Positions 38,427 through 64,000 of a stretch of 64,000 bases of DNA are shown here, in pieces. Each line of letters starts with the position of its first letter. Position 1 is the stretch's first letter. The notes beneath the pieces are model-generated. The model ran no database searches. It saw only the letters and a program-made list of their open reading frames with translations, and was not told the DNA's origin. The translations under genes were made by a program, and so were the position numbers. The DNA comes from Amoebidium appalachense (taxonomy: Eukaryota; Protista; Ichthyosporea), in assembly GCA_963693365.1 (NCBI GenBank), contig CAVNZM010000010.1:8123794-8187793 (forward strand), read 5' to 3'.

Positions 38427-39437
38427 ACGCCCATGTCCCCCCTCACAGTCCATGATTGCTATGGTGATGGAGCTTGGTGACGAAGTTCAGCACCTGTTGC
38501 AAGCCTTCCAAGACTGGAAGAAACAAAAGGTCAGAGGGAGAGATGCAGACGTCATATGCTCCACTGTGCGCCAGGTAATGGCCCTGTTACTCTAAACCCT
38601 CACGTGTTATGCGTCCTCTTCCTACCATTGTTCCAACAACCCACCCTTCCCCCTCCCCCCCTCCCTCCCCTACCCCCACCCCAAAGTAACTCTGCCCGTC
38701 TCTGATCTCGACGGGTGACCTGCCCACCCCCCTCCCCGCCCAAAATTGTCTTTCACGTTTAGCCCCTACCTTGCCCCTACCTCATACCGTACCCAGATTC
38801 CTAACCCAGACCTAGATTTGAAACCCAGATATCACGCATGTGGTATGACAGTCCTGCAGCTGCTAAGTATGACATTATGCCTGGAGTGAATGTGTGCGAT
38901 ATTGATTCATATTTTTGGTTAATTACTAAAGGCGAATAAAACTGAGATTGTACTTCCAAGAGTTTATCTCTCTTCACTATTCTTCTTGGGTTCAACTTGG
39001 GATAGGGTTCTAGAAGACCACCCTCCCCATCTTCCTATCCCAAACCGAGATTTTGGGACCACGTGCTCTATGTAATGGACACATTACATACCTGCCTTAT
39101 TTAGGCAAATAATGCACTCCAAAGTCCGGCTTTCTTCTAAGAGTCTTGTGCGTAAAGGTTATCTCCCACCCCCCACCCCCCCCCCCCCCCTTTTTTTTTT
39201 TTTTTCTTCTTTTTTTCTTACAATCATGGCCACCACAGCTGAAGGGTCAGGAGTTTGAGCACGTGCGCATCCACACGGACTTTAATGAACTCTGCAATGA
39301 CGATGAAGGGGAGGGACTGAGCTCGTTCCGGTGGAAGCGCCAGCTGGAAGAGGTAGAAGCGCATGAAATGCCCATCCTTTCTCTCCCCCCCCCCTCCCCC
39401 CCCCCCCCCCCCCAACCCCCGTTTCAAACACACATAA

Positions 39438-39563
<126 letters not shown>

Positions 39564-40220
39564 CAAAGGTAACCTACATGGCCCATTATTCATCTATTCA
39601 CTGTACAACCGTTTTGTCCATCTCCTATTCTTCTGCCCTCCAACCCTTCAGCCCTCCCCCCCCCCCCCCCCCTCCCCCTCCCCCCTCCCACACACACACA
39701 CACATACCTGTGTGGGTGGGTGGGTGGGTGGGTGGGTGGTTGGTTGAGTGTGTGTGTGTGTGCGTGTTGGTGTGTGTGTGTGGGTGTTTGGGTCCACGCT
39801 ACATGTATGTGCGATCACACCGCATAATGCCTCTGCCATACCCACAGGTCAACTGCCTTTACGTAGCCGCAACCCGTGCCCGGCGAATCCTCGAGCTGTC
39901 ACCAGATGTGCACCTTTTTCTCCTTCGCTATGCCGGGTCACGCTACACAGTGGAACACGTTGCTCCATCTACTGTGTGCACACAATGCACCAACCCCCAC
40001 ACACGTGGTTTAAGTGTGGTTGCTAAGCGCCCCGATCTGGTCAATTGGCCTGGAAAGGAAGGAGAAGGGTCACTGGTGGCTATAAAGATATTTTAGATAC
40101 ACACATATGTGCACAGCGACGCACACATACACAGATACATCGGTAGACCACAGATTTAGATTCGTGTATAACAATTACAACGTGTATGCGGAGAAGTGGT
40201 GTGTGTGCGTGTGTGTGTGT

Positions 40221-40267
<47 letters not shown>

Positions 40268-40585
40268 AGGGAGAGGGAAGGTACAAAGGAGGGGGAGGGT
40301 GGGAGGGTGGGGGAGGGTGGAGGGGCAGTTGCTTGTGATGTAAGCAATGGGAGAAAGTACGAGGTCGTAAGGTGGTGCAGTTCGCACATGTGTGCCCGCA
40401 CGCTTGCACACACATGCACACGCTTACACATGCACGTGCGCGTGCACGTGCAGTCAAGAGCACTTGATGTTGCACATGTTGCCACCTTGCTTCATCTCTG
40501 CCTTTCTGCATACATGCAGGGCACTGCTGGATAGTAACCTCAATCCCAGCCCTATTCACTGGTATGTGTAAGCTCTTCGAGTGAG

Positions 40586-40625
<40 letters not shown>

Positions 40626-40885
40626 GGGGAGGAGGAGGGGGGGGGGGAGGATAATTGGGTGGTTTAGTCTGTGTGTGTGTTGGGCAGGACTTCTGCCAGC
40701 TGCACATCCAATGTTCAGCACACCGTAACTATACAAGAATCAAAACACATGCACGATCAATATTGATCCGAACCGTTGTCTCCTCCTCTTTCTCATGCCC
40801 TCCCACCCTTATCTCAACACACACAACCCTCGTGTTTTCTTTTCTTTCTCCTCTCCCTCTCGGTTCTCCCCCCTCCCCCTCCTCG

Positions 40886-40974
<89 letters not shown>

Positions 40975-42067
40975 GGGACCCCCTCTCCAGGAGCTAGAAG
41001 AACCCGTGCCCCCGCCCTTAATCTCTGCAGACGGCCACCATCCACAGGCACCCATCGGCTACTGTTCCCAATGCCTTACCAAAACACCACAAGGCGAGGA
41101 CAGGGCCCCTGTCTGTCCCCTTCTCCACTCTTTCTATAGATGCATGTTGTAGGAATGGGTATGATTAGTGTAGGTGTTGATAGGGAATGCTTAATTGCAA
41201 AGGTGAATGCAGAAAAACAGTCATGAATGGTATGCGCTGCCTGAGTGTTTTTGTCCTCCTTTTTCTTTTTTCGCTTTGTCTTTATTTCCCTGTCTCTGGG
41301 GTGAGGACACGCGCGGGGGGTGGTTACGAACCACCTCAAATATGTATTTTTTTTAATCTATCATGGTGTTTTATATACGAAGCCCTAGAGAATAATTAGC
41401 GTAAATATGTCGGAATAGTTATCAACACACTGTGACATTTCTGAATGTAGTTTTTGCTGTGGCCTCTTTAGTAGCTTATCTTACTGCCACTTCGTTCTGT
41501 GGTATGTGTGTTTTTTTTTTTTTTGGTTTTGGTTTTGGTTTTGGTTTTGGTTTTTTTCCCTCCTTTGATTGCTGTGGGTTTTGCTTTTTTTGCTGCCGTT
41601 AAACTTAAAATTTCTGTCTGCTCTTCCTCCTTTTGCCATTGCCATGTACGTTACATAGTGTAGTATCCCTTGGGGGTAACACGGTATGTATACACGATTT
41701 AATAATTCATGTGTTGCATAAGCGTTACTGTAGAATCGACTAATAGACATTTCGTGATGACATTTTTTGAAAACTAACCGTAGGCTAGTTTCCAATCATA
41801 TCGGAGTCGCTGGCCAATTGTGCCAAATGTACAAGTACACACACTTGGCCAAAATCCACACATCTAACATTCTGAGACGCATGGAACAACAATAAAATTC
41901 GTTCGGTGCAACGTGTTGTGATGATTTCTGAACGTCTGGCAGGCACAACGAGAGATCTCTGCTTACAAATTTAAGTTGTTTGGGATCAGGGATGACTTTT
42001 ATAGTGGCTACGTCACTTGGAAGTTTAAGGCATCCCCCCCCCCCCCCCCCCCCCCTCCCCCTCTGCA

Positions 42068-42130
<63 letters not shown>

Positions 42131-42347
42131 TCTCTGTCCCCCCCCCCCCCCCCCCCCCCCACCCCACCCCCTCTCCCTCTATCTCGAGGTCTTCCTCTGT
42201 CCCTCCCTCCCTCCCTTATTGCGCACGTCGACAGTCTTACTTTTTTTTCCTATTCTCAGAGTCCCACGGGCTATTTATATATTTAAAACCCGGCGCGGCG
42301 GGGGGTGGTGCTGGGGAGAGAAGGGGGAGGAGGCGGCTCAGGGGAGT

Positions 42348-42530
42348 ACGAAAGTACAAACTTATAGCATTTAACATAAGGCCAAAAACATGTACATGTA
42401 CACACAGAAGGTATGGAACATCAGTAGCTATAGAGCCCTTCCGCAAAAGGGGGAAAACGGTGGAGGAAGGTGTATGTGTGTGTCACAGTGTGTGTGTGGT
42501 GGTGGTGGTGGTGGTGATGGTGGTGTGTGT

Positions 42531-42582
<52 letters not shown>

Positions 42583-43185
42583 AAGGGCCATGACTGCAAG
42601 CAGGATACCTTGCATACATATGCACGAATGTTCAAAAACCTTCTCGAATGTTCACGTGCAGCCCGTCCACGTGGCCAGCATTCATCCAATGTACATGTTT
42701 ATTTCTCTGGGGTATAGACACACCATATATGTTTCCACTTCTACATATTCACGTGTCCGATCAAAATGTGTGTGTTCGTGCACCTAAAACTTTTATCACC
42801 AGCATGCCTATCTCTCCCAATTTAACTACAGTTTTCGGCCACTAATTTCTTAGAATTCATGCCAGAAATTGCATAAATCCTACTAATGTATTTCTGCATG
42901 TTTGGACTGGGTCCACACAGCACTGAGTATGTATATGTTTACAAAAGAAAAAAAATTTAACACTATACTCCCAGTTGCCTTTTATAGTAAACGGATGAGT
43001 GTTGGCCGGCGTGTGCAATATATCACTATTCACTCGATCGTGTGTCCCGACTTCTTTTATGGTAGAGCAGCGTGTGTGTGTGCTCAATATCACACTTTAT
43101 CGATAACATGCACATTGGCTTTTATGGAAGAGAACTGTTCGTATGTGTGCACTATCACACACAATGGCTTGCCTTTAGTGGTGAA
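42348..43185 (+). repeat. Diverged ~0.9-kb direct repeat, copy B
   Basis: Collinear with 26341-27345 apart from the MITE in copy A. Confidence 0.8.
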
Positions 43186-43264
43186 GCCATGGGTGCGCGT
43201 GCAATCAATACATCACACTAATCTTCCACCAATTTTCTCCACATATCGTCACGTACAGCATATT

Positions 43265-55671
<12,407 letters not shown>

Positions 55672-55948
55672 GTCTCTGGATGGTTGGGACCCTGCACCTC
55701 GCTGACGTGGAAGTGTGGTCAATAGCAGCTTTCACAAACGTCAACCCTTAGAGTCTTTGAAAAGAGCGTGGGGGGAGGGGAGGGGGGAGAGGGGGAGGGA
55801 GGGGAAGGGAGGTAAGGAGTAAAGCAAAAGGGTGGCAAATCGACGAAAGGGGCTCCGGGGGGGGGGGGGGGGGGGGTTTGAGAGAGAGAGACTCAGAGAG
55901 AGAGAGTGTGTGTGTATGTGTGACAGAGAGTGAGAGTGAGAGGAAGAG

Positions 55949-56038
<90 letters not shown>

Positions 56039-56095
56039 TCGGAGAGAGAGAGAGTGAGAGGGGCAGAGAAGAGAGAGTGAGAGAGAGAGAGAGAG

Positions 56096-56137
<42 letters not shown>

Positions 56138-56386
56138 GTAAAGGAGGGGGGGGGGGGGGGGGGAGGGGGGGAGGAGGAGGGGTAGGCAAAAAAATGGCGG
56201 GGGGGGGGGGGGGGGGGGGGAGGGGAGGGGGGGTAAGAGGGGTTGGATAGGAGAGATGGGAGAAAGAAAGGGGCCCGGGAAGGAAAGCCGGAGCCAGTGG
56301 GGGCGGGGGAGTAAGGAGTAGAGGTGAAGGGTGGCACAAGCAACGAGATCATTATGGGCAGAGTGGCAGAGCTGTGGGGCGCAGGG

Positions 56387-56426
<40 letters not shown>

Positions 56427-56731
56427 GAGGGGGGATTTCGAAGAGGCGCGAGACAGAGAGAGTGTTTCCGCAAAGGGGGGAGAGGGAGGGAGGAGGGGAG
56501 GGGAGGTGGAGGGAGAGTGGGGACGTTAAGGGGTGTTGAATAGGGAGAAAAGAGAATGAGAGCCGGGGAAGGAAAGAGACCGGGGGGGGAGGGGGTGGAG
56601 ACTGGGAAGTAGAGGGAGAGATAGAGAGAAAGATGGAGGGAGGAAGGGAGGAGAAGAGAGTGTGTGAGTATGGGAGAGTGAGACAGAGAGCGAGAAGAGA
56701 GAGAGACAGGAGGGGAGGGGGAGAGAGAAAC

Positions 56732-56774
<43 letters not shown>

Positions 56775-56779
56775 AGGAG

Positions 56780-56972
56780 GGAGGGAGGGAGGGAGGGAGG
56801 GAGGGAGGGAGGGAGGGAGGGAGGGAGGGAGGGAGGGAGGGAGGGAGGGAGGGAGGGAGGGAGGGAGGGAGGGAGGGAGGGAGGGAGGGAGGGAGGGAGG
56901 GAGGGAGGGAGGGAGGGAGGGAGGGAGGGAGGGAGGGAGGGAGGGAGGGAGGGAGGGAGGGAGGGAGGGAGG

Positions 56973-56978
<6 letters not shown>
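56780..56978. repeat. (GGGA)n tetranucleotide microsatellite flanked by (GA)n
   Basis: Direct reading of the sequence. Confidence 0.95.
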
Positions 56979-57047
<69 letters not shown>

Positions 57048-59624
57048 TCTGAGAGGGACTGTGAGAGGCTCTGAGAGAGAGAGAGAGAGAGAGAGAGGAA
57101 AAGGGGGGGGGTTGGGGGGGGAAGAGGAGGGGAGAGAGAATGAGAGAGAGAGATAGAAAGTGCGTTTGTGTGTGTGTGTGTGTGTGTGCGTGTGTGCTTG
57201 TGTTTGCGTGTGTGTGTGTGTGTGTGTGTGCGTGTGTGTGTGCGTGCTGCGTATGCATGTGTGTGTGCGTGCCGATTCTGAGGTAGCATTGTTGAAGGGA
57301 GGCCCACCTTTTTGCTTCGCGCACCTACTCAGCCTTTGCCACACTCAGTGTCTCCTGCGTCACAACCGTTGTGACAGGGTACTGTAGTAATAACAAACTT
57401 AACAGCTAAGTATGTCGTCGGAGTGAAATTATGTAAAATATTGCTTGAGTGCACTGTCATGTGGAGCTAATTGTCGCAGCGATTGCAGTAGTCTTTTGGT
57501 GCTGCCTGGTTTTTTTGCACACCGAGCTAACACCGGGCACCTCAACGGTTCGAATAACGATGCCACGTTGGAGGAAGTTCTACCGTAGTCCGTGCACTAC
57601 ATACAACACTTGGCCACAATGTGTTACGTCGGCGATCGAGGCCTTGCTGGTGTGCGGCCGTTACCGGAATTTTGAAAGAGACCCGCGGATGCATATCAGG
57701 TATTGGCCTTCGTTTAGCGTATTGTGACGTCATCAGTTTAGCGGCCGGCTGATGATGCCTTCGTGAGTCTTGGAACTGATTGAAATCATACTCCGGTGAC
57801 ATGCGCATGCAGTTCACCCTGTCCGGTGGGGCGCAGCCCCCGCCCCCCCCCCCCCCCCCCCCCCTCCCCTCCCGGTCCCCGCGCCCCCCGCGCGGAGCAC
57901 GGGATACTACGTATACGATAATTACGTGCTTGCGATTGGGGGTGGGTCACCCGCGTTCGGTACGGGGTACTGTAGGTGACCCGGTCGTAGTGTGGTACCG
58001 TATACGGTGTGACGGTACCGGTGTGGTGTCATCTGACCGTAGGCTATCTGGGCCTTGCGTCCCACAGGCTCAACCCTATTAATATTATAATGTGTGTGTC
58101 GGTCACTAGTACTGTGTGATATTATGCTTGTGTACATATGTGTGTGTGTGTGTGCTGCTGGTGCTGGTGATATTATGTACTGAACTTCGCCGGGGCGGCG
58201 TGTAACTGTAGTCCGTGGTACAATCCGTACGGAGGCTGGGCCAGGGGTGGGTTGGCCCGGTTGAAACTGTTTCAAGTCGGAGGGGGGGACGGGGGGCGGG
58301 GGGCTTTACCAGTATGATAACAACAATAATTACCGTGTTGAGATTGAGGTACATTTCAGAACAACAAAAAAAGGTAGGCGAGTTAGTCAGGGTGTCACTG
58401 GTGCCACCGTGCCGCGGTGCGCACGTGTACATCGGCCGTCAATGCGGCTCAGCAGCCTGACTCGGAGGCCCTGCGGGTGACTCGGCGACTGAAATGGCAA
58501 TACGCGGCAATGCTTCGTACGCGCGAATCACGTTATCTCACATACCGGAGCTATACTGGCTGTCGGCACAGGATTGTGCCACGGCAGTCTTTGAAGTTGT
58601 TGTGCCTTTTTTGAGTGTTATATATGTATTTCCTAGAATACATAGGCCTGCTGCACGATAAAATCGGAATATTTGAGATCCCTTCACTCAGTCCATGACC
58701 ATTCAAGCTGCATGCATATTGCATAATGAACACACAACATGCTGCTCTTAGGCCCAAAAAAGGATAGATCCAGAGTCGTGGGGGCCCACTTATGCGCCAA
58801 TCACAACTTTCACAAGTGTGCATACAATTTTATCTACAGATTACTCTCTACTAGTGGCCCTAGAGAATTTATCAAACCGACGGAATTATTCGGTGCATTT
58901 TACAAGTAAGTTATCATATTTCAATAACTGGACTTCAAGTGCACTATTTGGTATGTACATCGTTGGTGCTGACATCAGTTCTTCAGTATTGGAAATGTAC
59001 CTGTGCATGCACATGTACATGGAAGATTCTCCCAAGAATGCCTCAGTCACGCGACATCTAATCACACAAATTGTGCAGGGTTTGAAACCTGTTGCTGAGT
59101 ATACTTGTAGAAGATAGGGCAACGTTTGGTAAATTTTAACCAAAAAAATTCTATGAAAAAACTTTTTCCCATATTATTATCTTTCATTTTTCTCCCATTG
59201 TTCACCAAAAAAATATCGGCAGCAATATGACTGTCTGGCTTGGTTTTCCCCAATCTTTCAAGCCCTGACCAGCCCACAAATAAGAATCAAGTCATTGGCT
59301 TGGCGCGTATGCACGGGATATATGTGCTTGGGTGTAGAATGCAATATATTCAGCACTGAAATCTCATGAATAAATCAATCAGCGACTTTTGCACATATAG
59401 TATAATCGAGAAACTTAATATAGTGGATTGGATAAACAACAGGTATCATTCGTGCATGCGGCAATAATGTCCACAGCAATAAATATATAGCTATAGTGTG
59501 TAAACCCCGGGGCCCGCCGCGGCCATACGACCAGTCATGATCAGACAGATGGTTTCCAACAGTCGATCGATGGTCAGGGGGGAGGCTCCGGGCGCGGGCG
59601 GCGCCCACGTGTGCATGTCATACT

Positions 59625-60743
<1,119 letters not shown>

Positions 60744-61921
60744 AAGTTCATAACTAACTAAGCCACACACGGCAAACCAGGCCATGCTTATGGTGCGTAT
60801 CGACTACATTCACATTCACTATACTACGATCAAGCAAAGAAATATGGCCAACACCAATGATTTACTTCTTGCCACCCTTCTTGGTAGCGGCAGTGGCGCC
60901 CTTGCCACCAGCGGCGGCCTTGTCGACCTTCTCGACGGACTTGATCACACCGACGGCCACGATCTGCCTCATGTCGCGCACGGCAAAGCGACCAGGAGGG
61001 GGGTAGGCCTGGAAGGACTCGACACACATGGGCTTCTGGGGCACCATGGTAACCATGGCGGCGCCACCGGACTTGACGAACTTGGGCAGGTCCTCGAGCT
61101 TCTTGCCGGAGCGGCGGTTGATCTTCTCCTGGATCTCGGCGAACTTGCAGGCAATGTGGGCGGTGTGGCAATCGAGCACGGGGGCATAGCCGTTGCCAAT
61201 CTGGCCGGGGTGGTTGAGGATGATGACCTGGGCAAGGAAGGTTTGGACTCCTTGGGGGGGTCGTTCTTGGAGTCACTAGCGAAGTTGCCACGCCCGGATA
61301 TCCTTGACGGAGACGTTTTTGATGTTGAAGCCGACGTTGTCACCCGGCACGGCCTCGGGCATGGACTCGTGGTGCATCTCCACGGACTTGAATTCAGTGG
61401 TCACACCGGTGGGGGCGAAGGTGACGACCATGCATTGCGGGCTTTTTGATACCGGTCTCCACACGGCCCACGGGCACAGTGCCGATACCGCCGATCTTGT
61501 ACACGTCCTGGAGGGGCAGGCGGAGGGGCTTGTCCGTGGGGCGCTTGGGCGGCAGGATGGCATCGAGGGCCTCCAGAAGGAACTTGCCGGTGGCATTGCC
61601 CTCCTTGCGCTCGACCTCCCATCCCTTGTACCAGGGCATGTTGTCGGTGGGCTCGATCATGTTGTCACCGTGCCAGCCGGAGATGGGCACGAAGGCAACA
61701 GGGTTGGACACTTCACTCACGATTTCGTTGAAGCGCTCCTGGTTGAACTTGATCGAGTCAATCTTGTTGACGGCGACGATCAGCTGCTTGACACCGAGGG
61801 TGAAGGCGAGCAGGGCGTGCTCACGGGTCTGGCCATCCTTGGAGATACCAGCCTCGAACTCACCAGTACCGGCGGCAACGATGAGCACGGCGCGGTCGGC
61901 CTGGGAGGTACCCGTGACCAT
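60744..61921 (-). pseudogene. EEF1A: Processed, 5'-truncated EF-1alpha pseudogene (CDS remnant 61921-60862 plus probable 3' UTR)
   Basis: MVTGTSQAD...[30 protein letters not shown]...[10 protein letters not shown]...[26 protein letters not shown]...[12 protein letters not shown]...[10 protein letters not shown]. Intronless over ~1.06 kb, with several frameshifts, an internal deletion (EVS^NP) and the G1-G3 motifs missing. Confidence 0.93.
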
Positions 61922-62308
61922 GTCATACTCCCGGGTGCCACCGCGGCAAGTTGCCTCAAGGTAAGTACGACGACAAAGATAATAAGAAAAATAGCCTAAT
62001 AACTAATATTAGACCAATATTGTAATTTCTGAAACGTGCAATTCAGATAGACAACCATCCGGACTGTTGACTCAGTTGAGGTCACTGACTCACCGGTTGG
62101 CACCATAAGCGCAAAGCTCGACTGCTATTGGTGTCAACGCTGCCCTATGGTTGGCTGAACAGTAATTTCTGCGTGTGAAGAAGATCAGAAATCAGATCCA
62201 TATATCAAATTGCTGCGCAAATAAATTTTGCACGGGCTGGCAATGGTTACTCTGTTCCCGCAGTTCCAGCATCAAGCGATCAATCGACATTCAAAAACTC
62301 GCTTCAAG

Positions 62309-62371
<63 letters not shown>

Positions 62372-63299
62372 ATAGAACTTTTTTTTCATAAAAATACAGG
62401 TGAAAGAACTGAAATTCTACCCTTCGAAGTTCACCTTCAAGTCTATAATTCCACTGCTCTAGGTAAATGGGGGGACTCTAAACTTCTTTGAGTATATGGA
62501 GATTGATCTTCGAACATCCATCACGATGCATGTGCAGTGTGCACTGCCCGTGACTGCTGATGCCAAAGTTTTACTCAAATTGCATTATGTATCTCCAACT
62601 CGCTATCGCACGCATTCCGGATAGTCTACAAAAGGATAAAGTAGATCGATGATCTTTATATGAATTTTTTCCAATGCCCATATCCCATATATACAACTGT
62701 AGTGGTTGAGCTTAAATTCTACAGCATGAATCTGTTTACTCAAGCACATGCATGTTTGTTTTCTGAAGTATCGTTGCCGTGTACAGCTACATACGTAGAC
62801 TCAGTAGGGTTCCGGCCGCGGTCCTCAAAAAAGATCCAGCGGCGGCGGCCAGTGTTATCCCAAACAAAGACAATATATAGGGCAGAATTTCTGGATAACT
62901 GTAAATCTAGCGCTGCTTGGGCAAACGATGTCTCCGGCAATCGGGGAAGACGTGTTTACGCAACCACTACTGTACATGTTGTTGGCACACGCACAGCATG
63001 AACCATTTCTATGTGAACGGTTGGCATGGCGTGTGCCGCGGCCGTTGAACATTGGATTTTGGCGTACGCGTCAGTACTGACTAACTTACAACTATTTGCG
63101 TGCTAGCGGAGTCAGGGGCTTTTCTGACTAAGTGACAACGTTGGTATATACCCCGGCAACACTACTACTTCACACAACATGAACTCTAGCTGACTAGTTT
63201 ACATCATCACCGCCACCGATGAATCCAGAAAGACCCGACCGTAGGTTATGAGCAACCTTCAAGCATTAGGCCCTCTACTGGCATTTCTTGATAGCGAGT

Positions 63300-63860
63300 T
63301 GTGACACGTCTGAGGGCGAGTCAGGCTAGCTGGTGAGCGCACGTATGCCCTTATGGGCGTGTGATTGGACAACTCTTTCCTTTTTCGGCTAAACTGTAAG
63401 TCACCTGGAGTGTGCCGACCGCGTGATGCACTGACGGAGTGAACACATGTTGGGTAGGCTAACTTCGACAACTCTTTAAAGTGAAGCCGACGGTGCCAAG
63501 TGAAGTTAGTTTGGGCTGCTTGAAATTAGGGACATATTGAGCCCAACCTTTTTTCCATCCCCCAAGAATCTCGAGCACATCCCGGCACTGGATCCGGACC
63601 TGACATCACCAGAGGAGAACCCGGGTCTTGGCTGTGTGATGCATGCATCTGTTGGAGGGGCCTACGGCCAGATGCCAGTAACCAGTACGTTTCTGTGGGC
63701 CCCTATAAGTGTTATATGCCTTTGTGCAGTGCAACATGGAGTGGCTGTGCGTGTGGTCGTTGCAATTCACCGTGTGCTTCAATGCCGCATCACGTCTCTC
63801 AACCACCGCGAATTTCATTCACTGTCCAGTACACTGCAAAGCGTTGCCGGCGCTGTTGAT
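63300..63860 (+). mobile_element. Possible heavily decayed C-terminus of an RLE-type (CRE/R2-like) non-LTR element
   Basis: Broken frames give CPYG..., LNCKSPGVCRPRDAL (zinc-knuckle/RHD-like) and GPDITRGEPGSWLCDACICW...YKCYMPL (PD..D..K-like). By-eye resemblance only. Confidence 0.25.
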
Positions 63861-64000
63861 GATCTGTGCGCACAAAAGCAGGCTGCCAAGGTGTCCGACG
63901 CTTTGTAAAGGGCACCCGACCGGGTTTAAGTAAACAGCCGTGTTAGGCCTGTTCGTCGTTTTGTTTTTTCTTTTTCTTTTTCTTTCAGTTTCTTTTTCTT

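Noticed and set aside
57671-57676. CHR-like TTTGAA upstream of the LIN54-like gene (autoregulation)
   Set aside because: A single hexamer is expected by chance and the TSS is unknown.
57835-58305. Possible MITE with C-rich/G-rich inverted ends and internal short palindromes
   Set aside because: The inverted ends are low-complexity and no TSD was found.
60784-61999. Plus-strand ORFs 60784-61449 and 61304-61999
   Set aside because: They are antisense shadows of the GC3-rich EF-1alpha sequence.

Overview
Intron-rich eukaryotic DNA packed with (CA/TG)n, poly-C/G and poly-A/T tracts, so almost all ORFs in the supplied track are low-complexity artefacts. The EF-1alpha copy carries the opisthokont-type insertion. 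Splicing by hand gives: the 5' part of an unknown minus-strand gene (391-2195), a 12-exon papain-family cathepsin (minus, 7092-12817), a divergent 15-exon DDX28-like DEAD-box helicase (plus, 13956-26076), a frameshifted FBH1-like F-box/UvrD helicase (plus, ~28572-41152, probably a pseudogene) and a LIN54/tesmin-like CRC-domain gene (minus, 43265-55671). The most striking signal is a non-LTR retroelement family present three times (2513-5417, 22580-22839, 59625-60743). It ends not in poly(A) but in a conserved, hairpin-rich ~195-nt module that lies beyond an internal A-tract. One copy is fused to an intronless EF-1alpha cDNA, and the whole chimera is bounded by an 11-bp target-site duplication. 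Other features are four small TIR elements with TSDs (one only 32 bp), an 8-nt micro-exon encoding the protease catalytic Asn, and ~0.9-kb diverged direct repeats bracketing the FBH1-like gene. All calls are by-eye motif recognition; no database searches were run.
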